This document shows, piece after piece, positions 21,911 to 34,423 of a DNA stretch of 64,000 nucleotides. How positions within the stretch are numbered: position 1 is the stretch's first letter; each line of letters starts with the position of its first letter. The translations under genes were made by a program, and so were the position numbers. The stretch comes from Diplonema japonicum (Eukaryota > Protista > Euglenozoa: Diplonemea): positions 186,001-250,000 of the forward strand of contig OZ025667.1 of assembly GCA_964019335.1 (NCBI GenBank), given 5' to 3'. A model generated the notes under the pieces. It saw only the letters and a program-made list of their open reading frames with translations, was not told the DNA's origin and made no database searches.

Positions 21911-23381
21911 GAAAAAAAAAAAAAATGAGAAAAAAAAAGTACCGATTTTTTTTTTTTTTTTTTTATATTCTATCTATGTGGGCAGGCAAAAAAAAAAAGA
22001 GGTAAAATGAGTTATTTCATTTGTTTCTTCCTCCTCTACAAGGTGAGCGGCGACACCTCCCCTTCTGCCATGCTTTTTTTTTTTCTCCTTCAAAAATACT
22101 CCCCCCCCCCCCCCCAATCCTTCATTCTTTGTGGTTTTCCCTAAACAGGTGTGACTCAAAAAAAACCTTTTCTCTAGCGCTTGCCGTCCCTTGCTTGTGT
22201 TTTGATGGAAAAGCCGTTTCCCCCCCCTTTTTTTTGAGTTTTACAGTTTATCTCACTAACCTTTTTTTTTTTTTTGAACTTCCTGTTCGGGGGCCTTTCC
22301 CTGTGTGTCTTTTTTTTTAAACGTCCTTTCCCCTGTTCCCTTTTCTCTTTCTTTTTTCTTCTTTTACCCGTCTTTGTTTTGGTTGAACGAAAAGAAAGGA
22401 AAAGCAGCCCCCCCCCGTTTCCCGGTTAAAAGCTTTATGAGTAGAAACGTAAACTTATGATTTTGGCCAGAAAAATGTTTGCCTTTTTATTTTTGTTCTC
22501 TCGCTTTGCAAGAGCGAGACATTTCTTGAACACACATGTTTTTGAAAGATTTACTCCATGTTTTTTTTTTTCTACCGGATTTTAGGACGAAGTAAAGAGA
22601 TTAAAAAAAAAGGTGCAAAAAGCGCAAATAAGCAACACCATCGCCAAGGGGGGGGAGGGGGGGGGGGGGGGGGGGCTGCCATGCTCAAAAAAGAGAAATG
22701 AAATAGAAAGAAAGAAAATTAGTATACAATTTTTTTTTTATGTGCTTCCTCTTCACTCCCCCTTTGTGCCTCTCTCCTTTGTGTTTTTTTTTTCTTCTTT
22801 TTTTTTTTGCTGGTTTTTCTTTTGTGCTTTTAGTTCCTCGCTTTTAGTTTTTTCTTTCTTTTTTTTTCTTTCTTGTCGAGTATGCCATGAGAAAGGGACG
22901 GGAAAAGAAAAGAAAAGAAAAAGAAGAAATAAATTTCGGGAAAGGGTGTTCCACACTGCACACCCCTTTCTCCTCCCCCTTTGTTGTCAGCTGCTTCCGC
23001 TGCTGATTGTAGAACTGGGGGGGGGGGGGGGGGGGGTGACAACGGAAATGCAAACTACAAGCTGTCGTGTGTGTGTGCTTAATTCATCCTTTTTCTTCTT
23101 CTTTTTTTCCCCCTCCCATTCTTCCCCTGGTCCAAAACTGCTAGTGTTATCATTCTACTTAGTGTATCCTTTTTTTTTTCTTCCCCCAGCTGGTTTTATT
23201 TTTGTTATCCCCCCTCCCGTTCTTCCTTCAGTCTGTCTCTGCTCGTCCATAGCCGGATAAGAGAGACAAATAAAAAAAGAAAATGAAACAGAAGGAAGAG
23301 AAATCGAGTAGTGGAAATATTACTTTGGTTTCCTTTTTTTTTTTTTCATTCTTTTTTTTAATATTAGAAAATGTAGAAGGG

Positions 23382-23417
<36 letters not shown>

Positions 23418-23681
23418 CTCTTCCCCTCCCGTGAGTCTCGTTAAGCCCTTTATGAAAAGCCTAATTAGTATCCCGTCTTTTTTTTTTTTCTTTTCATTTT
23501 TTTTCTTTTCAGGGGGATACGCGTTGGGCTTTTTTTATTTTTTTTTTTTTACCCCTTTCTTTTTTCTGCTCCCTTCTCCCCCCCTCCCCTTCTTTTCTGT
23601 TTATTCTCTCAACCCTCCAAAAAGAAAAAAAAGAAGGAGAAAAAAAAGAAAAAAAACCCCAGTCGAAGAAATTTAAAAAAA

Positions 23682-25284
23682 ATGGACCTGCCGATCATGA
23701 GGTGGGTCCGGCCCAACACGAAGGGTTCACGCCCGAACCCGAGATATTTCCACGCCATGTCTTGCATCGGGGACGCGGTCATCGTCATAGGGGGGAAGGA
23801 CGACCACACCCGGTTTACGGACGTCCACGTCTTCAACAAAGACGCAGGCTCATGCCAATGGGCACAGCCGCACATCAAAGGTATTCCACCCAAGCCAAGA
23901 TCAGCCCATAGCATCTGCGTGATAGAAAATAAGGTGTACGTGTTCGGGGGGCACCGTGACGGTGAGAAGTTCAATGATTTGCATGTTCTGGACACAAGTG
24001 TGATGTGCTGGGGCATTCCAAAGACCAAAGGAAAGGTCCCCGGGCGGAGGAACGCCCACGCTGCATCGGTTCTCGGCAGGAGCTTCTACATCTTCGGTGG
24101 TTTCGATGGGGAAAGTTGCAATGATTTCCACTCCTTCGACACTGTCTCGAATGTCTGGTCGCAGCCAACCACAACGACACCTCCGCACAAGCGGTGCTGC
24201 CACACAATGACCACCATCAACAACAGCTTATGGGTCTTTGCTGGAAAGAACAACGACTCCAACGGTGTCATCGGTCGCTTCAACGACATCCACTCCATTG
24301 ACCCCACCACGGGCAAGTGGATCGACCACGCACCGAACATCACAGGCATACCCCCTTCAAAACGAAACGCTCACACGTATATGACATTTATTTTTTCTTT
24401 CTCTTTCTTTCAATTAAGCAACAACAGTGCGTGCGACTACCGGAACTACCTCTTGATCTTCGGAGGGTTTGACGGGGACTCGTGCAACGATCTGTTTATG
24501 TTCAACACACTGACGCTAACGTGGCAGGAGGTGTGTGGAAGAAAAGGAAGTTTTTTTTTTTTTTTATTATTTTTCACGCAGCTCATCCCCCGTACCCCTC
24601 CCCCCGCATCGCGTTACTGCCACACCGCTATTTCTTATCAGTCAACAGACGGGTTGAGTGATTGGTCGATGCTGCTCTTTGGGGGATGTGACTCCGATCA
24701 TAACTACTCTGATGTGCAGCTTTTGGAAATCGGTCTTGGCAGGCTTCGGGCGGATAAACAAGTTGAGGAATGTGACGTGAGGATCAAAAGCTTGGAAGTA
24801 GAACGTTCTAGGCTGAACAAACTGATACAGAAGCAAAACGACACAATTTTGAAGCTGCGTAACGAAAGATTGAGTGCTGAAGACAGCAGCCGGAAGAGCT
24901 TCACGGAACGGGGTGACAGCGACGACTCCTCAGGGGATCCACAGGAGGAGAAGAAGAAGAAAAAGCGGAAAAAGCGGAAAAGCAAAAAGAGAAACACGGC
25001 GGAGGACAACCAAGAAGGGCTTTTCGAGGATGAACAGCACCAGCTTAATGGCTCCCACGGAACAAGTCAAAGACAAAGCCAACCCCGGCCGCCAGCGCAC
25101 CTTGCGCCTTTGGAGTTAGCTCGCCTGCCTCGCACTGCCGAACCTGAACTGCTCAACACCTGCCCAAGGTATTGTGTCAAAAAAAGGGTGAAAGAATGTT
25201 TTTTTTTTTTTAATTTTTTTTTTTAAACACAGCCGAGGGCTCGCGAACTTAAACCCTACACTCTTTCCTCCCCTTCGCGTCTAA
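23682..25284 (+). CDS. Kelch-repeat beta-propeller protein with C-terminal coiled coil; introns 24377-24427, 24531-24581, 25169-25232
   Basis: Six R.xH...(V/I)FGG..ND..W repeats. Two 51-nt in-frame GT..CAG introns explain the Phe-rich insertions in the ORF track. Confidence 0.88.
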
Positions 25285-25929
25285 AAAGAAGATTTTAAAA
25301 AAGGAGGTTCTGGAAGGAGGAAGGGGCAAAGGCACCTGATGATTAATCAGTGAGGGAAGGCCACGTTTCTTTTCTTCTTTATTTTTATTTTAATATTTCC
25401 CCCCCCCCCCCACTCGTTTACACGATGGGTTTGCTAAAGCCTTTCCCCCCCTTCCCGAAGTCCCGAAGCCCAACTGCTACGAGCTGGCTCGAATTTGTTT
25501 CGATTGTCAACGAGACAGTATTCTTTGTTGTCATCTACTCGAGAAAACCAGCGGAGAAACCTTCCAACCTTCCATCTAGTGCTCACACCAAAATAGTTTT
25601 TCTTTTTTGGCCTGCGTGAGCGCAAAAGAAAAAAAACGCATACTGATACTTTTTTTTGTTTTTTTTTTTTTGTTTTTTGTTTCGTACCAATGGAAGGCCA
25701 GCAAGAAATGACAGCAGGGTACGAGGTGGACACACACCTGGACACAGTATCAAAAGAAAATTCCCCCCGCCCCCGTGTTTATACTTTTTCTCCTTTTCCC
25801 TTTTCCTTTTTTTTTGCATTTCTTTCACGCACAACACGCTTTTCCAACAAAAAAAAGGGCGGGGGGAAGGAATACCTAAGAGAAAAAAAAGAAGAAAAAA
25901 AAGAAAAACCAAAAAAAGAAAAATAAACA

Positions 25930-26883
25930 ATGAGGCGTGTGCTTCAAAAAAGCGTTGAACAAGTGGGCAGGAGATGTGTGAGGTACATGCCTGAGATCGA
26001 AATGAGAAGGCCCGAGGAGTCGAGTAAAATGTACAGAGCGGTGCAGGACTGGAAGCCGCTTGCCCATGAAGTAGCACATTCTGCAGGGAAGCAGCCCGAG
26101 GAAGAAAGTGTGAGATTGCACATGGTGCTCATTGACAGACAGGGCTTCAGGTGGCCAGTACGTTTCAATCTGGTCCCCGGGATGACTCTGTGGGACATTT
26201 TCAACAAAACTGATCAACAGTGGTTCGACCTGAGCCCCAGGTGGATGGACCACAATATAAAACAAAAGTACGGAGTCAAGAACGGTCAAAAGTTCTTTGG
26301 GCTGGAGTCGTACTCCTGCAATATGGGTTCGCCTCATATGACTAGATGTCCCAGGTGTATGGTGCTTGTGCCATACGAGTACCTTGATGCCATGGCACCT
26401 CCTGACAAGTGGGAAATTGACTATTTACAAAGACAGGTGTGGTTTGGGAGAACTCAAGGTACCGCAAACATGAGGGTTGCTTGTCAGGTATGGGAAAGGA
26501 AAAAAAAAAAGAAAAAAAAAAAAAAAAAAAGGTTTATGTTGAAGAGTGGATGGACGGGATGACGATTGTTCTGCCGCAAGAGGAGTCCTTTGCGTACCAG
26601 ATGTACTACTCGCAAGGTGTGGACAAGGCCAGCATAGATGGGGCCTCTGGGAGCGGGCACTCAGGTGTCAAGAACTTCTCCGACGGGCGGGTCACCCCCA
26701 GCTCGGAGAGATATAACCGCCCTGATGCCCACATGAAGACGCGGGACTTCGACCACCAGTTTGAGTCAGGATCTGAGAACCCAAACCTCCCTCTTAGCAG
26801 CATCTTCTGGACCGACAGCGTCGACGATGTTATCCGCCAGAGGTACCCCTCTTGGAAGGGGCGTTACGAACTCCTCAACAAAT

Positions 26884-26885
<2 letters not shown>
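25930..26885 (+). CDS. Mitochondrial adrenodoxin-like (2Fe-2S ferredoxin fold) protein; intron 26488-26531
   Basis: Arg-rich presequence and C-x9-C-x2-C. Splicing restores RVACQ|VYVEEWMDGMTIVLP, which matches the adrenodoxin RLxCQ...DGMxVxxP motif. Confidence 0.72.
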
Positions 26886-26917
<32 letters not shown>

Positions 26918-27444
26918 CCGACTACCACGATTACATTTTTTTTTTTCCAGTGTTTTTTTTTTTTTTGTTTTGGGAGAGGGGAAAACAAAAACAAAAAAGT
27001 TTACTGTATAGTATTTTTTTAAACGTTGAGAAAGATTCGAGAGAGGCAGCGGTGCGTTGTTTGTACGCAGTGAATGGAAAAAAAAAAAAAAGAGGGCGGG
27101 GAGAGGGGCGAAATGTGAAAGGGGAAATGAAGGGTTTCTTTGTCTCCCTCCCTCCCGCCCCTTCCCAACAGTGTTTTTTTTTTTTTTTTGTTACTTTATT
27201 TTCACTCCCCTTCACCCTGTTTTTTATTTTTCTTCTACAGTGTTGTTCCCTCAGTTTTTCTTTTTTTTTTTTTTTATTCTTCTTCTTCCTGTATCCCCTC
27301 CCAATCCCGTTTTTTATCTAAATTCTCTTTTTTTTTTTGTACGAGGAAAACGGAAAGAAGAAAAAAAAAGAATAAACCGCCGATAACAATAGGAAAGGAG
27401 AAAAAAAAAAGAAAAAAAAAACAAACAAAAAAGAAGATGAATAA

Positions 27445-30400
27445 ATGGAAGGGACGAAGGAGCCTCTAGCCATCGATGTTGACGTGGGGTCAGGTACAGA
27501 GAAGGAGGGGATGATGGAAGACTCGCTCACAGCGGTGCCTGTGGACGAGGAGAAAAGCCCCACAGGATCAGACATTACAGTACCGATCTTCACGGGGACG
27601 GGGAAGCTAACGGCGGGGGGGCATTTGAGGTGCAACAGCAACGTCAGCATGGCGAGCAGCTTGGTGTCGAACCGATCCTCGCTGTCGGCCATGGGGAGGG
27701 GGAGGAAGCGCACCCACACACAGATATTCAACGACATCGTGAACACCTCCACGTTCGCACCTGTCCCTCGCGGGATGGAGGTCCCCCCTGCAATCTGTGT
27801 TCTAGCCATCTCAGCCTGCGTCTCGGCAAAGCTGTGCTCCACCGCAATCCTCTTTCCAGCTGTCGAAAAGCTCATGAAATGCGACTACAACTCCGAACAA
27901 CTCGTTCTTCAACACGAACGGTACACCCGTGCCTCACGGCCTACTCGGATTAAGGTCAGCGAGTTTGTTCACACCAATAACAGAAGCCACATAGCCGATA
28001 TGGTACAGTCAATCCTGGCCGTCATTAGCTCCATCTTATATGTTTATGAGTCATACCAGGTTGACAACCAGACAGGCAGCTGCAGCTACCGTGACTTCGT
28101 TTCTGTCAACATAAGCGGTGCTGAGGTTCCGTTGTACACCTGCGACGTGGGTACCACGAGCAACACCACATCTCTTCTCTGGGTGCGCATCGTGGAGTCC
28201 GCCTTCGCGCTCATATTTACCATTGATTACGTGCTCCGTTTTTACATCGCTCACAACAAGCTGAAATATTTCTTCTCGCTCTTCCCGATGGTCGATCTCG
28301 TCACCATCATCCCCGTCGTGCTCTCTTGGATCAACGATGAGAACACCACGTCATTCGGCTTCATTCGTATCATCCGTCTGTTGCGCCTTTTGAGGGTCTT
28401 AAAGGCCTATCGTATTGTCGATGGTGGCAAGGGGCAGTGGAATGCCATCAAGCAGGCCAACGTTCTTATCTTCACCATCATCTCGCTGCTGTTCGTGTCG
28501 TCTGGGCTTATCCAGTTGGTGGAACGCGACCAGAACCTCACATTTGGGGACGCGGTTTACTTCATGGTGGTGACGATGGCCACGGTGGGGTACGGCGACA
28601 TCCGTCCGATCACGACCCTAGGAAAGGTAGTGATGGTGCTGCTCATCTCGACTGCGATCATTCTTATCCCTGTGCAGACCAGGTCCCTCATTGACCTGTT
28701 GGGCGAGCAGCCAAAGGAGATCTTCAAGGACATGCCAGGGGGCGAACGGGGGTACGTCATCGTGGCAGGACATCACATCTCACACGACGAGGTGTACATG
28801 TTCGTGAAGGAGTTCTTCCACCCCCTTCACAACTCATCCCAACCGCCTGGTGTCATTATCGTGTCACGTGAGCCGGTGTCCCCTAAGCTGCGGCTGCTCG
28901 TCGGCAGCAAGTGGTACAAACGCAGGGTGCGCTTTGTGTTGGGAAGCTTGCTGGATGACGACACACTGAGGAAGATTAAAGCATGGAACTCGAAAGCCTG
29001 CTTCGTGCTGACGGCGGGGGAAGACAAGAACACAGAGCTCGCCCTCACCCCGGACGGCAACACCGTCGGCGACTCCGGCCTTGACATCGCCCTCCAAACC
29101 CACAACTTCCGCTCCTTTACAAAATACCAAGTTGAAACATATTGCCTGCTGAAGCATAGTGCAGGCAGGTCCACCACGACGGCTGCCTCTGCTGACTACA
29201 TCGTCTCTTTAGACGAGTCGAGACTCAAGCTCATGGCCCAGTCATGCATCTGCCCTGGGCTCTCTACACTAGTGATTAACTTCATTACCTCGTTCAGAGA
29301 AGTGTCCGGGAAGAAGCGAGCGAAGCTGCGCACGAGAAAAGTCACCGACACAGACGAGTACAGGCGGGGCATGACGCACGTGGTGTACGAGATGCAGGTA
29401 CCCAAGCAGCTTGTCAACCAGAACTTCATTGAGGCCGCTATTGCTGTTTACATGAAGTTCGAGATCGTCCTGCTGGGCGTCATGAACACAACGAACGAAA
29501 AGGAAAAATCAGAAAACAAAGAAGTGCCGCTGGGCTCCAGCACTTCGTGGGCCACAAACTCGGCGAGAAGACAGAGCACGTTGAAGGGGCTGCGCGATGT
29601 GCTGGACGACGCGAACCTACCGGCACAGGCGGAGTCGGGGTTCAACTTCGTTCTTAATCCTGGGCACAGGTACAAACTGCAAGCAGATGACATCCTTGCA
29701 GTCCTAGCCATCGATCTCGCGACATGCGAGGTGTGCCAGGAATACGATGGGTTCCCGCTGCAGGAGAGGGAGAAAGAGGTGATTACAAGAAAACAATCGT
29801 TTTACGGAGTGGCGCATGGAGCATCTCTGCACTTGTCAAAGCGCCGCATGGCGCAGTCGATGGACATTTCGATCGATACAAGACGGCGGCAGGATGTGCG
29901 GAGGAGGTTCAAAGCGTTGGTGTGGGCCATCGTGTCGTTGTGGAAGCTGAGGCCTGTGAAGGCGTCGCTTGTAGAGCGCACGGTTCTTGACGTGAACGCG
30001 GCGATAGTGAAGTACCGGCACTACGTGCACAAGAGGGAGACGGCAAGCAACGGGCCTGCTTCACACATGTCAGGATCGCCTGTCATCAACAATCTCACCA
30101 TCAACTCTTCTCCTGTTATGACAAAGCTTGAACCGCCAGTCGTGCCAGGCGGCAGAGACAGAGGGCTCTCAATGACTTCACTGAGCAGCACAATGGGACG
30201 CAACAGGGGCATGTCCATGACAGAGAACAACGCAGCACGGGCCATGATGGAGATCGACATGCAGAGCAAGATTGTGGAGCTCACTGCGCAGCTCGTTGCA
30301 AAGGACGCTGCGCTCAAGGAGGCATTGGAAAATGGCACATCCCCAATGGCCGACAAACTCCGCGAGCAGCCCGACATCCTGGCAGCCTCCGCCCGAAGCA

Positions 30401-30812
30401 TTGGGAGTATGATACAAAGAAAACATAAGAAAAAAAATGAAACCACACCCCAGCTTTGTACACAGACGGTGGACATGTGGCCCGTGACTCCGTCATCAGC
30501 GACCTCAAGTCGCAGCTAGTAGCGAAGGAGCTGCTTCTTAACGATCTCATGGCGCAGATGAACCCCAGCTACTTCGGAGGGTTCCGCAGGACGGACTGGC
30601 GGAAGGAGGGCGTCTTCAAGGACCACATAATCATAACAGGCGGGCAAAAGTATATCTTTCTAGGAAGAAAAAAAAAAAAAAAAAAAAAAAAAAAACAGGC
30701 ATCTAGGGCAGTTCATGAGGGCTCTGAAGCGGTCGCTGTGCGCGACGAAAACACCGCTTAAAACAGTGTTGTACCTGGCACCCAACCCACCCGCTCAAGA
30801 GGTACTATATTT

Positions 30813-30858
<46 letters not shown>

Positions 30859-31820
30859 TGTGGAACCGTGTGTCGCACTACCGATACTTCTATTTCTGCC
30901 AAGGCGACCCGAAGCTACCGAACGACCTGTTCAGAGCAGGGTTGGAAGAAGCGAGCAGTTTGGTGATATTAGCGAGCGACGTGGTGGAGGAGGTACCCGA
31001 TGCCGATGCGGTGTTCATCACAATGGCTGCGATCACACTGTGCCCTGTAGACGTCGAAGGCACCAAGGCCGCTGCAGAACAAGGCGACGGCTTAAGCAAA
31101 GGCCTGTCCGACAAACTGCACAAAGCAGCTGCGAAAAACAAACGAGGGGCATCACAGTTGAGGCGACCATGCGGGAAACCACTCTTTGTAACCGCAGAGC
31201 TGACAAGCTCGGCAAGCGTCAAATATTTCAACGATTTCGATGTTTTACAAGCCACCCGTTCATTTGGCCTCACACCGCCGGAACGTATGGAACTGCGTCT
31301 CAAGACAGACTGGCGGGAAGACGTGGAAAAGTCAGATTCAATGATTGACGAAGAAGTGGAGGCATTCTCGTCAGCGCACCAATCATCCCCATTCTACTCC
31401 GCAGGATACCTTATATCCAATCACATGCTGGGTCCTATCCTGCCTCATTCTTATTACTCCCCATCACTCATTCGAATCGTAGAGCAGTTCATGCAAGGCT
31501 CCCTCAACCAATATGGGTCTTTCCTTGGATCCGTCCCGGTGCCTGACATTTTAGTAGGGTCCACGTATGGGGAGCTGTTTTACAGTATGTCGTTGAAGTC
31601 TGAAATGATACCCTTGGGGTTGTACCGAGCACCGGGGGCTGACTCCAAGTCACCATTACCTTATGTTTATACAAATCCTCCCAAGAACACTGTGGTTAAG
31701 GCGAATGATCATGTTTATGTGTTGCAGTCTGGTAAGGACATTGAGGAGGGGGATACTGAAATGGACGACGAGAGTTATTCGAATTATTCGGGGAAGGCGG
31801 AGGTGTGCGTTGGGTGGGGG

Positions 31821-31851
<31 letters not shown>

Positions 31852-32020
31852 ACAGCCTTTTGAAACTGCCAGCCTACCCAATGATTCGTTCAAGCAGAAC
31901 AATACACCCACAACGCCTTCACCGCAGAGGCTGTTGAGGGTGCCTGATGAGCGCGAAGTGCACTTCCACCCTTCAGAGCCGTTCAGTCCGATATCCAGTA
32001 AAAACCCGCTGAAGTCTTGA
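27445..32020 (+). CDS. BK/Slo-type calcium-activated K+ channel alpha subunit; introns 30407-30453, 30650-30698, 30802-30857, 31803-31855
   Basis: S4 IRIIRLLRLLRVLK, pore TMATVGYGDI, RCK1 (LMAQSCICPGLSTL) and RCK2 (HIIITGG..., PLGLYR, YVYTNPP). Four GT-AG introns join five frames. The first acceptor could alternatively be 30465. Confidence 0.9.
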
Positions 32021-32668
32021 GGGAATTCTCTTTTTTTTTTTTTTCTTCTTTTTTTCTTCTTTAAAAAAAAGGGGAGGGTCCCCTTTTCTATAAAAAAAAC
32101 AAAAACTGAAGTGAAAAAAAAAAGAAATTGGGAAAAAAAAAAAAAAGAAAATAACCGCTTTTATTTCACGCCCAATGAAAATGTTATGTCGGAGTTTGTA
32201 AGAGCCAAAAAAGGAGAAGGCCTTTCTTTCGTTGAGGGCTAAATTTTTTTAAAAGAAAAAAAGAAATATCTTTTTGAGTTTGCATTCACCCCCCCCCCTT
32301 TTTTTTACTTACTTTGTCGTCTCTTCCTGCGCGCAAAAGAAAAGAACAAAAGATATTTGTCAGAGGGGCCACTCTCGATTTTACAAAGAGCGAAAGACTT
32401 ACAATAGTGAATATCATCAACATTATGATAATTAATGGCATTAATCCAGCATCTTTTCACGAAGAAAAAGAAGGGGTTGGGGGGCGGGGGTGGTGGTGTT
32501 TTTCTCTCTCTCTCTCCTTGTTTTCCCTCCCCCTTCAACCTATTTTTACTTTAGTTACTGTATCCCCGTTTCATCTTGTTCCTTGGCTTCATTGCCACTG
32601 TCGCCCTCTTTTTTTTGGTGGGCCGCTGCCAACAGTTCTCCCCATTTTATAGTGATATTTTTTATTTC

Positions 32669-32699
<31 letters not shown>

Positions 32700-33544
32700 C
32701 TGGCCCCTTCTTTTGTTTAACTGGCCCCCTTACTTATCTTGGGACAGCAAACCCTCTTACGGCAAAAAAAAGAAATCTTTTTTTAAAAAAAAAGCCGGTC
32801 TACGTCAGGGGAGGTGTGCCTACAGTTTTATTTTATTTCTTTCTTTATAATTTTCTTTCTAGTATTGCAAAGAAAAAAAACCTGGCCAACCATCCTTAGT
32901 GCGTAGGGAAGGACTGGACCCCCCATCTTTCTTTTTTTCTCCTTCTTTAAACGATCCTGTCTTGGCAGTCACAGGCTTCTGTACTTCGAGTAGCTATTTT
33001 CTTGACAGGTAAGATGGAAACAACAAAGATAGTGAACCTACCCCCCCCCTTTTTTTTCCTATGTTTATTTTGGTAAAAAAAAAGAGTAAGATGAACAAAA
33101 AAAAATGAGAAAAAAAAAAGGGGAGAAAGTACTACCTTTTTTTTTTCCCTTTCTCTTCCTTCTCTAGTCGGCTTATAATCGGCTAGAGAAAGAAAGCCGA
33201 TTATAGACACAGACATGCAGCATATGTGGGCATTGCTCTGAGGTGCATCTTCAGCTGGCCTCCAATGTGGGCGGCTTACAGTTTGAAGGCACTCGGCTCC
33301 TGACCTGTTGTGCCCTTCCCAAAATTAAACAATAAAAAAAAAAAAAAAAAAAAAATCAACAAAAAGAAAGAAAAAAACCACCCTACTCTCTCCTACATTC
33401 ATTCCCCACTCCCCCGCCGTGTTTCTTCTTTTTTTTTTTTTTTTTTTTCCCCTTTTTTCTTCGTTCCTGTTAAATATGACACCCCAGGAGGGAGAATAGG
33501 GGAGCAGAAGGGGGGGGGAAACAAAGAATAGGAAAGTACAAGAC

Positions 33545-34076
33545 ATGCCTGCCAATACAGGAAGAAGAGAGCACCTAGACGATGCGCAATTTGTGAAAGA
33601 GTTGGAAAAGCTTTACTCCTTGGGACGGACGGAGGCCGCAGGAAATGTTGCAATCAGTTTCAGCAAAATTCCTCAAAAATGGATCAAGGCGAAAGTGGCG
33701 GACAAGAAGAACAAAAAGAAATCCACCGGTGTCTCTGGTGTTATGGAAAAACCCCACGCCATCGTGCGTGCCAAACGGCAGGGGAAAACGATATCATGTG
33801 TTGTGGGCGAAGAAGACCTACTTAGATTTCAGGTTTCTTTTTTTTGGGGGGGGGGAAATACGTTATAACAAAACAGTCTAACCTTGCTGCTTGCCTCAAG
33901 AGCAATATCGACACGTTGAGAAAAGCTGACAAAATAAGTAAAAAAGAGAAGAAGGCGAAAAAGAAAGTATGTGTGCAACGAAAAAGAAATGAGGAAAAAA
34001 CCCCCTTTAACAGGCCGCAAAGGCAGCCGCAGCAGCTGCAGCAAAAGAAGCAGAAAAGGAGACTGCTCAAGAGTAG
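33545..34076 (+). CDS. SRP14: Signal recognition particle 14 kDa protein; introns 33833-33876, 33967-34013
   Basis: LDDAQFVKELEKLY...GNVAISF...IVRA...KTISCVV..EDLLRFQ|SNLAACLKSNIDTLRKADK follows the SRP14 pattern. The last exon is AAKAAAAAAAKEAEKETAQE. Confidence 0.82.
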
Positions 34077-34423
34077 GAAAAGATTATGGAAATGTGGGAG
34101 GGGGGAGGAAAAGAAGAGAAGGGGGGGGGGAAACATAGTGATTATTTTCCCCTCCTGAAAGAACCCCCCCCTTTTTTTTATATTTTACTTCACTCACTCC
34201 TGGCAAAACCCTCCCCCCCCCCCCCCTCCCCGCTTCCCCTTTCTTCCAAGTTTTTTTTGTCTTTCAAACGGATCCGTCATAAGAAGAAAAAAAAAAAAGA
34301 AAAAAAAGAAAAGTGTTCAGCCCCGGCAACCCCCTCCAGCCTTTCTTTCCTACTTTTTTACTTTTTGCCAAAGTTCGGAAAAAAATCTTTTTTTTTTGTC
34401 AACAACAAAATCATCCCCTATAG

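Noticed and set aside
30407-31855. Programmed frameshifting or pseudogenisation of the K+ channel at A-runs
   Set aside because: Each frame change is bracketed by GT and AG, and excision restores the frame and conserved motifs, so introns are the simpler explanation.
33215-33315. GC-balanced island, possible ncRNA
   Set aside because: No box motifs or convincing fold identified by eye.
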